Positions 1 through 13,505 of a stretch of DNA of 64,000 nt are shown here, one piece after another. Location of the stretch: contig JAYWIR010000009.1 of the NCBI GenBank assembly GCA_036172245.1, forward strand, positions 3,410,001 to 3,474,000. Direction: 5' to 3'. The stretch is from Raillietiella orientalis (Eukaryota). Numbering within the stretch: position 1 is the stretch's first letter; the number at the start of each line of letters is the position of its first letter. The notes under the pieces were generated by a model. The model was not told the origin of the DNA. It searched no databases and saw nothing but the letters and a program-made list of their open reading frames with translations. Position numbers and translations under genes: made by a program.

Positions 1-3000
1 TGACTGAAAACCATCAAGCTCTTCTTGTTGCCATACATCAGTATGTGGATATTCCATATCTGATAAGGGATGGCAAGATGAGGATGCACTTAGCAGTTCC
101 AGCATGGCAGCCTAATGACCGGGAGAAGTACAATGTCTCAAGCAATCCTGCCTCTTACCTGAATGTTTCCTGAGCATAAGTACAACACATTCAAGGCATA
201 CTCAATGTTACGTCCTCCAGCTGGTAAAGCAGCACAGCACATCAAATCCAAGTAATTTTGTACTAATCCATAATATGTGACACTGCAATCAACATGCAAC
301 TCACCTTCATCTTCCTGAAGATCAGTCACACAGAGAGGATCCCAAAGTAAAGTAGCATGATCTGCATCTGTACAACGTGCTGACTGCCATGCTGGAATAT
401 CACACTGATGCTCGACTCCTACATTGATGTGGGGCAAATCTGAATTTACAGGAGCGTCAGGTACATGGACAGCTGCTCCAGTTTCGTAACTAATTGTTCA
501 CCTCCAGCAAATTCAGACTTACCATTTGGACTGTTAGGGTGGTGGGAGCAATAGGCAAGCAAAACTTGCCAGTACAAACCACTTCCCCAACGTAATGGAT
601 TCAGTAAAGGTGGAGCAATATAAGGAAGAGATTCTTGAGATTTTTCCACACAAATTGCATGCAAATACGAATGAAAGGGAGTAATGGAATTTCTTCCCAA
701 ACAACACCAGGAATGAGGAGGATGTTTTTTTCTCAAAGTCTTAAAAGCACTATGATGGAAGAGCAATTTTAGTTCTCAGAACACAACAAAAGGAATAATT
801 ACCTTATTTGAGTGAAGAAGACATCATCTTCAACTTCATCTTTCTCAGACAGTGCAGAAACATGAGCACAATTAGGATGGGATGATGAATTTTCTGACAA
901 ACAAGAACCGATGCTTACATTTCTTTCTGTGACCAAACCAGACAAATGTTTGTTTGCAAGAGCAGGCACAGCAAGATTGTGGAGTGATGTATCTTCCATT
1001 TTTAAATAATTTGAAGATTCTGATGACAATGCAGTAAACTGTTTGTCTGCAACCACACAAACTGATTCCATAAGAGAAAAATTCGTTGAAGAATAGGGAA
1101 TAGGAAGATGATCTGGTGGGGGGAACTGCATGACCATGCTAGGTGAATACGGTGTTTCATGAAACTGATACATATCAGTATTGTTTTCATGTGGTTGTTG
1201 AAGAGCAGAGTGCACAGAAGTTTTTGATTTGTTAAAAGCACCAATAACATCAACTTCTGATGTCATCAATGGGGACAGATATGCACCATGGCCATTTTCT
1301 AAGGGGGAATGAATAGGAGATGACAATGATGTCTGTGACTGAGTTTGCAGAAGATTCTCTTGAATGGAAGCCGCCGAAAATTCTTGTAAACTTTGGTTAT
1401 CTGCAAAAGCAAGCTCTGAGAAAGAGCTCAATGCCTGACTTTCCTCTAATTTTTGCAAGGCCTTAGCAGCTTGAATAAGTTCCTGGATGTGTTCCTGATT
1501 TGGCAGATCATTCACATGAATCCCTTCAGCATTCAACATTGCTTTGGGATCTTCCATAAAACCATTTTCATCGATCTGGGAGAGTTCATGAGGGGGAGTG
1601 GTTTCCAGCATGGGCACATAATCAGGAGAATAAAAACCATCTGAAGCACTACCAACAGACTCTAAAAACCGACCAGATTCTGAGCCAAGTACAAAGTTTT
1701 CTGAGCCAAAATTGTAACAATCAAGTGGAGTTGGCGCCTCAGAATTCTTTAATGATCTCACACTATTTCCAATTTCACCTAGCATCATCATCGAATCGGG
1801 AGAAGAGGAAGGCAAACCCAGCACCTCCAGATTATCTAGATCTGTATCTTTATCATCACGATTCTTTAGTAATTCATTCAACTGAAAAGCATCTTCCTGT
1901 TTGAAACTGTTCACATCCATTTCTTGGCACACTGATAATTTGAGAGGGTCATAAACTGAAGCAGCTTCACATGCAGTATTGGTGTTACTGACAAGAACAT
2001 TACTAACAGGATAAGTGGATGAGCCATTTGTGTTGCAAAGAAGCTTTGAAGATGTAACAGCATGAGGTGAGTCTTGGTGCAAAACGCATTCAATGCTTAG
2101 ATGATTTGTAATGCGTTTTTGGATGATTTTTTCTTCTATAAGAGCTCGTACATTAGAACTAGCAGTTTGCAGAGGAGCATTAGTAGTTTCTTTCTTGTCA
2201 TGGCTTCTCTTATCATCCGAGCACTGGAAAATTCTCACTTTGTAAATAAGATAAAATAATCACTTACTTTTCTAGTCTTTTTAAAATAGCCACCATGCAA
2301 TCTCATGTGACCATTCAAAGCAGGTACATTCTTGAATTTCCTCTCACAAATTGCACATTCTACAGGTTTGCTATCCCCTTCTACATCAGCACTACATAAA
2401 TGTAAAGATGTAGCATGTACATTTTTCAAACGTGATGGCTCGGACTGAGGATGTTTTTGCAAAGCCTCTGTTGATTCCCTTGTTTGCTGCATTATTTGCT
2501 GAATAAGTGCGAGCTGTTCATCAGTTAACTTATCAGCACTTCTACTTTTCTCTCCCTCCTTAACATCTTCATTACACTTGGATGCTATATGCTTTCTTTG
2601 CTTACTTGTTTTCTGAGAATTGCCATTTTCACTTGCTTACTAGAATTTTTCGGAGACTGGCAAAGTACAGGTTCTTGTGGAGATTTCCACTGGTCAGTAG
2701 TAATATTTGGCACAGAATGATTGCTCAACACAGGTGCATTGAACAGTTGCTGGAGATGACCACAAGAATTCTACAAACAAACATGTCACAAAATAAACAA
2801 TGTTCAGAAACCTCGTTAGGCACTTCTTCTTCTCCAACTGGCAGTGTATCATCTATGTTATTGATGTTCATTCCACCACCATGATGATTCTCAGTATGGC
2901 GACGTAATGAGCGTGCATCACAATAACTTTTGCCACAACCATCTGCTTTGCATTCGAATGGTTTTTTATTACGATGAGTCAGCATGTGACCATTTCTGAA

Positions 3001-4917
3001 TGGCAACTTTGCTTGAGATAAGTTTGCTCTCATACTCACAGATGATCTTGTCGTTTGAATGCTTTGCCACAAGTTGTACACACATATTTGCGTTCATCAC
3101 TGTGAGTTAATTTGTGCTTAGTTAATGCCGATGCATTGCTAAACACCTTACTGCATGTCTAAAAAAGATATATCAAACTGTGATCACGCTTGTACTTGTC
3201 ACTCACAGGACAAGCCTGAGGACCTTGACGTGACAGCGATGCATTTTTGGCACGTACTTTTTTCACATACAGCTTGTTGAGATCCATTGTTTTGTCAACA
3301 GTGTCTGTCATAAGAGAAGAATCCTTATATGGGAACTGTACTGGTAATATGTAAAGATCACACACAGGTAAGGATGCAGGGAAAGGTTTAATATGCATGC
3401 AGCCTGAGTAAAACCAATCCAATGGTAAACAAGCATTTTACATCCAATTTAGAACAAATGCAGATTTTAATTATATCCTTTTGGCATACAAACATAGCTT
3501 CAAAACAACACTTCTAAGCATTTAGGTGTTCAGCTTCTGAATGGGTAACATTAACATGCTTTGAATTAGAAAAAGAAGGAAGAGCCAAATGCACTTCCTT
3601 ACCATACATATATGGTAAGCAAATTTGCAATCGTACAAATAGCAGAGAATTAGCTTCACAAGAATTCTCTTAATCACGATCAATTATCTTCGTTCGTTTC
3701 AATTTAAACTACAATAAATAAAGTAAGATATACGTAAGATCAAGGCATTTAAACTGACTGTGAGAATCCTGCACAAACAGCTTGCTATGGAGGGTCACAG
3801 AAGCACATGCATGGAGACAGCAGCAACAGATATTCCAAAGCACAAAAAACCAACCGGAATCACTGTCAATGCCCAGCAAGTAGTTGCATGATCCTGGTAT
3901 TAGCATTCCCGAAGCAGCAAATGATTGAGGAGATAATGGAAAGTCACTGTCCCCATCTTCATGCATATTTTTATTAAGGGAGAAATTAGATGCATTTCCT
4001 TTGAAACAGTCACAATAATCGGCAAAGCAAATTACATCACAACACATACCTAACATTCCTAAGTCTTTAGCAGTTAGAAGTATGCTAACACTATTACTGC
4101 CTGATGCACTTGGAGCAACTCCATCATGGTGATATGTTAAAGTAGCAGTACTATTAGCACTACCTAAGTAATGCAGAACATGACTCATTACTTGAGCATC
4201 AAGCTTTTGAGGAGAAGATGGCTTGTCTGACTCAATTGTTTGAAGGCTGTTTGCACCGGCATTCAGTTCACCATTTGCATTGGAATTCAGGGAACAGTCT
4301 GGTAACATAACACTTCCAGAATTAATAAGATTTATTAACATTGGAACTTCCTCTACAGAAGTCTCTGACTTAAAGTCCTCTGTGTCCCATGCTGTTGATG
4401 AACCATCTGTGGCAGACATATCACTCTTGGGAAAAGGTGACAGACTTTTCTGAGACAAACTTTGAAGAGCAATAGGACTACAGTCCAAGGATGAAGAATT
4501 ACTCTTAGTGCTTGATGCTTCATCGGACTGCTGACCAGATGAATTATACTTATAAACTGGCAGTGTTTTTGACACATCAGTGCTGGAAAAGACACTTTCT
4601 AAACACCTGTTGTGGGTACTATGTGCAGGCATAACCAATGTGCCAAAGAGCTGTGTATCAAAGGACTCTTTATTTAATTTCTGTATACTATCAGTTTCAG
4701 CTAAAGCATCACTTGGATTTTTGCACTGGTTTAGTGATGACTGACATCTGTAGTCATCTACAAGGTTTACATTATCACTGCATGTCATGGTTGGCTTTGG
4801 TATGAAAGCAGGCTGGGCTGCAGTTAATGTATTGGCAAACATAAATATATTGGATGCATTTTCAGATGGTACAGATGCTTGCAGAGCATATGTAATATTC
4901 GTAATATCTTGAATTTC
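1..4917 (-). CDS. TRERF1: ZNF541/TRERF1-family transcriptional regulator (C2H2 zinc fingers + ELM2 + SANT); multi-exon, runs off the left edge, 5' end not resolved
   Basis: Manual splicing gives CPTCSKVFSNASALTKHKLTHSDERKYVCTTCGKAFKRQDHLNGHMLTHRNKKPFECKADGCGKSYCDARSLRRHTENHH (three fingers) and KPVECAICERKFKNVPALNGHMRLH. It also gives PYIAPPLLNPLRWGSGLY, ELM2 (PHINVGVEHQCDIP...LLWDP...VQNYLDLMCCAALPAGGRNIEYAL) and the SANT start (HPLSDMEYPHTDVWQQEE). Inferred GT-AG introns: 112-158, 263-304, 473-522, 750-802, 2224-2267, 2771-2811, 2996-3039, 3159-3206, 3999-4049. The symbol denotes the family, not proven orthology. Confidence 0.9.
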
Positions 4918-7900
4918 CTAAAATATTGGTCAGAAAGCACATTACGAATTCAAATAATCAAACACACTGAACAATTCAAATTATTCAGATGAAAAACAAA
5001 ACATAAAAGTCAAACAGTTCCTCACATCACACAAACTCAATAGTGAAAAAGCAACAATTACATACACACAAATGTTTGTATTGTACTGGAATCTGGAAAA
5101 TGGCATAACATAAATAATCACCTATATCAAATAAAGACTACCTATTACATGCAACCTCCTTTGTTTCCTCATCTGATTCCACTAGAAATTATTTTAACAT
5201 AATTTTCCGAGCAATTTAAGTTGCTCAGAACACGTTTTTCAATAACCTCAGATGCTATCAAACAAAATGTACAAAACCACTTGACAGTAAGCATGACTGA
5301 AACTGCTGCTAAACTTCTGTTATTGAAACAATAATTTTAAAATTAAAGAGAACACATGCAACTGTGGAAGAAAAATTAAAGCTGCAATTCAAGATTTAAA
5401 ATGAGCATAACAAATCAAGCGAAAAGAGCATTCCAGTTTCTTGGAGTAACTGTATTTTCTGAAATTTGCATTTAAGTCTACATGTTTTGTGTTATTCTCT
5501 ACAAAACAAAATTTTACAAAACATCAATGCAGCAACACTCTGATGTCCAAGGCAAACCTTACCCAATTTGGAATGTTTACTACATCCTCCCAGTTTTTCA
5601 CATTACTATCAAACTCGCACTTCATGCTGGACAAGTACACTGAAGCTATTATTACTGAATCATGGGTTCCTACTTTTTCAATGTTGGTTAGAAGACAGAA
5701 AAGATTTTTCAGACCTTCAAACCTTTTTGATGAGCTAATGTCAAAAGGTGACTTTCATAAAATACTTATTATCCTCATCCATCCGAATCAAATTTATTTT
5801 TTCTTCATTTGCATGAACACTTATATTTTTGCAGTGAATTTTCATGGTGAATTTCATTCACTTATTCTTAGTATTTAAGCAAGTTAATATGAGTATCTAG
5901 TTATACATTATACTAAAAGCTGCTTAAAGTTCTTGTTTTCCTATCTGGCATCTTGTTATAAAAAATACTTTGGAATTCTGCACATCAGTACACCAATACT
6001 GTAGTCATTGTGAATACCTTGTGCACCACATAATCATTTTTTAAACAAGAATCACTGTTTAGACATTTCCTTATTTCCTTAATTTCTTAATCTCTGCATG
6101 TCTGTTTCACTTCCTAATTCTGTGTCCGGTCATTGAAGAGCAAACTCAAAATTACCGATCATGCTTTACCTATCCATCATGCAATTTTTTTTTTAGCCTT
6201 TCTGTTTCCATATTTTCAACTTTAATGGTCACTCAATTCCAAAATCTATCAAACTTTCACTTTATTAAAACAGCTTTTTCATAAGAGGAAAAAAAAACAT
6301 TTGTTGACAAACAAGTTTTGAACAAACATGACATAAAATGTGTCATGAAAAAATTTCGGAATAGGTGCACAGAAAAGATGTGCATTCACTTACTTGCATT
6401 TACAAAAATTGAAAATACATAAAGGGAATTTTCCAACAGAAACTTCATTAGGAGAGTTTTTTTCAAGTTGCCTTACAGAACTGAAATGTGCTACCAAAAA
6501 GGGGTAGATGCTTTTTTTTTTTTTTTTTTTTCAAAACCTCAATGCAACAATGAAAAGTAAACTTGAATGGAAAGCAGCTGCCAGTGATGGGATCCCAAGC
6601 ACTTCACACGTTTTTTTTTTTTTTTTTTTTGCAAACAACGAAACTCAAATGCAATGGATACAGTGAAATCAACAGCAAGTCTCGACAGTAAACGTGCTAA
6701 TTATGGCCACATCAAATCAAAACTTATCTACTTCTGGTAAAATTCGAATATTGAAACATGAAATCACATTATGGATAAAGGGTATGCACCACTGCTGAAT
6801 GATAACGATGTCGACATTTGCAATCTAATTGTGCTATGACTCTGAACCTTGCCAATTTATCATGAATACTCCAACAAAAAGGTCCGAAGGAGGATTCGAT
6901 AACAGTGACAAATAATTAGTAATCATAATTTACTTTTAAAAACATCATTCTCTAAACGAAATAAAACAAAGCACTTAAATCAAATGGAGGCTGCCCCTAT
7001 CGCGATGCTTTTCAAACAGAAATTCAATTCCATATCAGCAGGCATTTCATGCATATTTGCAGTTTCAATATGTGCCATCGACAACTGATAAAGCATTTAA
7101 ATCAGTATTCAATTTCCATACTTTACGTATTGAAGGTTGCCATTCCTCAAGTTCTTAAACTTCAAAAAGTCTTCAATTCCCAAAGGTTACAAATTTACTT
7201 TAAAGTCACTAATGGCATATCCTTAAAACATAAGCTGGTGCATTAATTTATCCGACTTCATTTGCAACAACGTATCAAACGACATTTAAATACATATTCT
7301 GCTATCCAATAAACATTGTGAGGTTAATTATGTAAGAGTAACAGATCACGACGGCAAGACTTATTTCTAGAAAAGTGATTACGTAAACTCACCTGTTTTA
7401 GCATCTCTAGACATTATAGTAAATACAAAACTTGGCTACTGACTAGACTGAACGATTAAAAATACTTATAAATATTTAAGATTCACATTATAAATAAACT
7501 TTATCGTAATATTTGTACACTTTTCCCATCGCCATGATGGGATTTGATATTTTAATCAATGTCAAAAAACAATCATTTATTGCGCAATAAACAGCATTTA
7601 CATTATTTATTTAGGCTAATGAAGGAAAAACATGGAACAATCTTCTTGCTCACGACTTTTTTTTTTTTCTTTTCCCCTGGACTGGAAATGTTTGAAGCTT
7701 TACCTTCTTCACGTTCAACTGAATTTATTTCGAGATGCTGCTGCTTAGTTAAATCAGCCAGTGGTTGCTGCTTTGGTCTTCCGTGGTTAATAAAAACCGC
7801 AGCCTGACGATTATTTTATTCCAGGTATTGAAGCGAGGATCGTTCGAACTTCCGAGCTTATTTTCTCGTGGTGGGTTTTCTCACCCCCAGAAATATTACT

Positions 7901-9254
7901 CATTAGTCGAACGCTGGGATGTGTATAATTTCTCCATTATCCTTCTGATTTCCTTTGGCTAAAAACTCCAACCCATTCCCCCCCCCCACCTCGATTCCAT
8001 TAAACTGCCACCGAGTTGCATTCATAATTTCATGGTTTTTCATTCAGCGTGCAATTTGAATGCCTTGGCCAATAAGCAATGTAAACACGATAATTAATGA
8101 AAAGGAAAAATTTTCAGGATGAAAAAAAAAAAAAAAAACAGACTCATCTCACAAATCCAGGAGCTGCAATGTACTTCCTAGATAATATTATTGCATCAGT
8201 TGTATTGCATAATATGTCCTTGATAAAAAATTGATAAACGAAATTTAAATACATTCTCAGCTAACTTGTAAAAAAAAAAAAAAAAAGAAGATAATATTTC
8301 AGATTTGCAAATTTCGGAACGCTTCATAAACAAAGTTCTTACAGTCTCCTTCATTTAACTACCCATGAGCCTTGCTTCCCAAGTCATACGAATGGCATTC
8401 TGTCCTGACAAGCTTTGCTCAAAATTTTCACTGATTTCACGTTTGCTTCCACAAATTCCGTGTAGCCGAATTCCGGCAAAAAGTACTTCGGCCCCGTCAC
8501 AAGTAGAGGAACACAACACAGAGGAGAAGACACGTGTGCTAAGGCTTGGTCCATCTCTCTGGCTTGCATCAGAGGTGACATTCTAACGGCAGGTGGATAT
8601 TTCTTAGCAGGGAAATAGATTCCACTATAGCGGTTGCTCTATCTGAAACACTCTATTCGGTACCTTAGTGACTATCGTTGACATGAAACGTGTGAGAAGG
8701 CTCGGACTGGTTTCTGTGGCGATGCCATCATGTGGGAAAGACCGTCCTGCTTCGGCTTCAGCTTGGGCACTTCCTGCTTCCTTGGTCACGGAGTGAATTT
8801 CATATTTTACAAAGCGTACTCCCGGAGATTTTGTCATGCAGCTATTTTAAAGATGTGTGTGGACCACGGCACCGATGCGTGCACGAGAAGCATCTTTAAA
8901 TCCTGACATATCTCTGCTTCTGGTCGAAAAATTCAAATGTTGCAAATCGTTGAAAATGTGTGTGGACACCAAGTCCGAGTGCAGACTGAAGACCAGGAAG
9001 AGCATTCAGTCATCTCTTAGAAAGAAGAAGGGAAAAAGAGGAAGAAGATCGTGGAAAAATAAAGTTCGGTGATTTTAACGGGTGGCTGATAAATTCCAAA
9101 ATAGGAAAAAAAAAAAAAAATCTAATAATATTGTGTGTTTGTGTAAGACTGAGATGTAGACCACGTAGTCGCAGCCTTATAGGGGGGGAAGCTAAAATAG
9201 TCAAATCTAATTCACGAGCACACCACTACACATTTTTTTTTTTTTTACAGATCG

Positions 9255-10415
9255 ACCCTGAATGTTCTTTACACTGCTGGCTACATCACTTCGGAAAACA
9301 GGAATAACAGGAACCAGAGGCACGCCTTCCGAAGAGCTTATCATGTTTACTCCTCCACGCAACGAGGCAGCAGCAAGAACGGAGGCAGCTGAGAGACCAA
9401 ACGTGCATCTGTCAAAAGGACAGGAAGGTTCACCCATTGTGGAGGAAGGCACAGCCACGGAGGATGCACGCCAGCCACCCACCTCGGTGGCCTGGGAAAC
9501 CGGCTCCGTAGTCGATGTAGCAGGGTCAGGTGGTCACGAGGCGGAGCTTCTTTTCCACGGTGACACGCCAGGTCATTTCGAAAACGGATTTCAGACCGTT
9601 TTCAGGATCGGCGCGGCTCGGGGAGCAGCAGGAAGATGCTGCGGTTTTCATTTCCCAACCGGGCGATTCCTTGCGGAGTGCTGGGAAATTTCAACGGAGC
9701 CTGCGAAGAAATCCTGCTGATACAGGATGTCGTTTCAATAGAAGCTTTCGTACAAGTTTCGAGATGAATCCGTACTTGGGCGTGACGGAGGCTCAGAATA
9801 CGAAAGGAGACCGAATGTAGGTCGAATATCTGTAACGGGTCGTGAAGGTAGACTAGACTTTTGCACCGAGGCGGATCCAGACCGAGTTATGGATTCAGCC
9901 GCACTCTCAGAGTGAAAACGCAGGATAAAAAAAAAAAAAGACAAAAGAGAAAGCATTCTCGACTTAGTAGATGGTTACACAGTTGGTGTACACACACACC
10001 GGTTGAGGAAGGTTGAGCTCATGGAGATGGGTGTCGAATAACGTCATTCGAAAGTGGGAAAACGTAGGGGGAGGAGGAGGGGAGGGGGGAGATCGAGCAG
10101 GCGAAACGTGTTCTTGTACTTTCAATGTAGTATACGAAAGCAGCCATTTTTCTTTGCGCACGTTATCTTCTGAGCACCTTCGCCGGAAGGTGTGCTGCAC
10201 ATTCTCGCTGGTGCGTTTACTGCGCGGTCTCCCCGCTTCACAATCTGTTCAAAATGGAAATCGTATTCATGAGGAAAGGAGTAGCATACATTGGCTGAAG
10301 GAAGTTTCTCAGAAAATGTCTCCGAATAAGCTTCCGCCTTTCGATCATCTGCAGAATTTTTTCCGTGGGTCCATTCGACGACGCCGTGCTCGCAGACGGA
10401 GACGACGTCCTCCAT
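9255..10415 (-). other. Possible 5' exons / promoter-proximal region of the ZNF541/TRERF1-like gene
   Basis: There is an ATG in CAAAT-ATG-G context at 10415, Ser/Pro-rich minus-strand ORF pieces, and a pyrimidine-rich acceptor-like tract near 9910-9955, at the transition into CpG-rich DNA. The frames could not be joined cleanly. Confidence 0.25.
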
Positions 10416-11654
10416 ATTTGTATTGTTGGAGTTTCCGCCGCTCCGATGCGTTCCCGCTACATTTGGCGCGTTTCGAATTCACTTAATTCGAAGTAATCGA
10501 AACGATTCAATACGTAATTAGGGGGAAAAAAAAGATCAAAATTCCAAATCATGCTTCCGAATCCGGGGAAGAAGAAAAAAAAAAAAATTGTCCGGGAAAT
10601 GGAAAAACACACACATACACCCCAAAAAGGAATTCGTTTCCCGTAAATCCGAATTTACCCGAGAAATCCTGGGGAACCCTGAAGAACTTCTGATTCATAT
10701 TTTAGGAGGAAAGAAGGCTGGCAGCTAAAAGCAAATCGCGACGAGCGGGATGAATTTATTCCTTGGAATTACTTTCTCCATCCTCGGAGAATGCGATCTA
10801 TTAGTCCTTGTGACGAAAAGCATTTGCTTCCTGGAGCGAATAATGCGTCAAAATTAAGGGAAGCCGCAGAGGCGAAAGCGAAAGAGATGCAGCAGTGAAA
10901 AATGAGTTCCCTGTCACTGGGCGTACGTCACGGCGATGCCATCAGGGGAAGGGCACGGGAACCTTGCCTCGTCGTTCCCCTCCTGCATTCCGCTTCCGGG
11001 ACCCCATCGGAACGCAAACAGAGCGATTCCCGTGTGCGCTTTCCCGGATCGATATCGTCGCCAGACTGGGGACCCCCCCCAAAATGAGCTGCGGAAATGC
11101 AAGGGAAAGTGGCGATTCGCGGAAAAGCTGCCCTTGCCGAAGACGGAGCGAAAAATCCTTCCGCGACCGGGACGAGGAGCGACGAAGAGGAGCGGCCGGA
11201 AGACCACCCCTTCCTGTTCCTCGCGCCCCCGCGTTCCTCGGGCTGAACGGGTGAAGTGTTGGAAACCGACACGCTCGACTCGGAAAAGTGGAAGACCGTG
11301 CGCCGCTTCGGAACACATCGGTGCATGCACCGATAGGTCGGACGTGTCCTTCCGGGGCTGTCACTCAGCCCCGCCCAACAGCCGTCAGGCAGAAACACTT
11401 TCCGAAATACGAACTGTGTCCACGCTTATGCATACGCACACAGCGGTTTGCACTTATGTGTACGCGTGCAGCGTACGCATACAGTTTAGACTTGTTTACG
11501 TGCTACTTCTTCTTCCTTTTTTTCAACTTATTTTTAATACGCTAGATCGGGCACTCCGCCAATAGCACTAACGTCACAGATGCCGATCATTTCTCCTGCC
11601 GAAGATTAGTAGTTGGCCTTTTAATTAGAGTGGATGAACTTGCGCGCGAATAAT

Positions 11655-12700
11655 TATCGGTAATGCTGGGGCATTTATTATGTAGAGTAACAAGAATGCA
11701 TTGGTGTGGTGGAACCGTTGGTTCTACCACGCGCAATGTACCTGCCGAAGAGCGGTGCGCAGACCGGCGAGGCCCGCCTCGGCAGCGTGGGGGAGGGGAA
11801 AACACAAACAAGATAAATAAAGCAGAGACGGAGAGTTTATACCCGAGGAGGATGGGAGGGGGGGATAGAGGAAGGGATCACGGTACGCTACCAGGCGTCC
11901 TCTGCATCCTGCTCAGTATGCTGGCAAGTTCCATCCGTATAGAGCCCAGATGGAGCCATCTCGAGGCGTTCCCAAGGGAGATCCCCCCCCACCCCCCCAG
12001 TGAACGGTGCTCCTGCCGTTTTGGGAGTTCCAGGTCGGTAGGCCCCATGCGAAGACCGCAGAGAACTGCGGGAGGGACGCGGCTGGCATCAGCGCGGCAC
12101 TGCGCACGAACAGGCGTCTGAAAATGTCCCGGGGGCTGCCCGCCGGGAATCCTGGGACCGTCGCGAGGAGATCGCAAAGGGGTCGGAGGGCAGCACGGTC
12201 CAACAGCAGACGCGGGAGGGTGTCCTTCTCCCCGCGCCTGCCGCCCTCCAGCTCCCCTCCCCTCCCCCCACCCTTTCCGTGTGCAATGGTGAAGGCGCGC
12301 TTCGCACGGGATTTTCCTTCCCACGCACCACCAGCAACGCCGACTCCCGCCACTCGGGGGGAAAGGAGCCACTGATCCAGCACGCTGGGGGCCACTTCCC
12401 CTTCTCTCCGGAGGGATGCCGGGCAGCTCTCCCCAGCGTACAAGTCGGTTTGGCGGGGGACACTCGGGGCCGCAGCGTCCGCCACCTCCAGAGTTGTCCA
12501 GCCTCCCAGAAGTTTCTTCTTTGCTGCTGTGCAGCAAGTCGCTTCCCACCCTGCCGGGATGACGCCGTCCCCTGCGTCCCTTAGGGAGGGCAGCACGGGA
12601 AAAGGGGAGTAGACGAGACCCACCTCATCTTCTGCGGGTTGCGGACGATCTCCTCCAACGGATTGCGAGTGTTGACGCCTCGCTGACGAGGATGATGGAA
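11655..12700 (-). mobile_element. Tx1-like non-LTR retrotransposon 3' fragment (frameshifted ORF2 C-terminus + structured 3' UTR); left arm of inverted repeat
   Basis: Peptides WTTLEVADAAAPSV, LVRWGELPGIPP and ASRWLHLGSIRMELASILSRM match the ORF2 C-terminus at 31784-32890. The fragment ends AATAAATGCCCCAGCATTACCG. Confidence 0.85.
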
Positions 12701-13505
12701 ATCCTCCGGGGTTCCTCCGTTCCCGCTGCTTTCCTTTCAGCTTTTTTTCCTTTCGGGTTTTATCTTTTTTTGATTCGCAAGGAGTGTTGAAGAACGGTCC
12801 GCTTCCTCGAGGGAAGGGGGGGGGGGACGAAGCTCTTTAAAGACTGTCCGCACCACCCGAGGGTGCATGTGACTCTTCAAGCTGTAAGGGGTCACCCGGA
12901 AGGGGACCACCCCATGAATCCAGAAAGGTTCCAGAGGAGGAAGGAATCCCTTCCTCCCTTACTCTTCGGAGGGGCCCCCGAAGAGAACCCCCCACCATGG
13001 TTGTCTCCGGAGGGACCCCGGAAGGGAACCTCTTTTCCTTGTTCTCTCCAGAGAGACCGCCCGGAAAGAGACGCTCCAGGGATTCCTCCTTTGAAGAGTC
13101 CTTGCTTTTCCCTCCTCTAAAGAGAACCCCTCATGGACTCTTCCCGATTTCTCTCAAGAGAGCTTCTGACACCCTGGAGTGGCGACCCTTTCGAGGGGGG
13201 TATCAACCAGCTCCATGGTACGAAATGGAGGGTCCCCACTGAGGAGTTAAGACGATTCCATTTTCACAACCGCAGGTGAACCTTGAAGGGCTCCTTGAGC
13301 TGTCATGGAAGGACCCCGGAGGGTCGACTCTCAATACCGACCAGTCAACGGAGACATCCGGTGTCCACGAGTGCCACCCCTGAAGAACCAGCCAGTGGAG
13401 TGTGTGTGACTCGAAACCCCTGACGCACCCTCTATTTCTCTGCGTCAACCCTTTTCCCCGGGACGCTCGCTGCTTCTGCGCGCGGAGACCGCAGGGTCTC
13501 CGCAT
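12700..13505 (-). mobile_element. tRNA-headed SINE-like repeat (head + body), copy I
   Basis: The reverse complement contains GTCTCCGCGCG...GACGCAGAGAA...GTGCGTCAGGGGTTTCGAGTC and a body collinear with 38575-39255 and 43490-44175. Confidence 0.7.
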
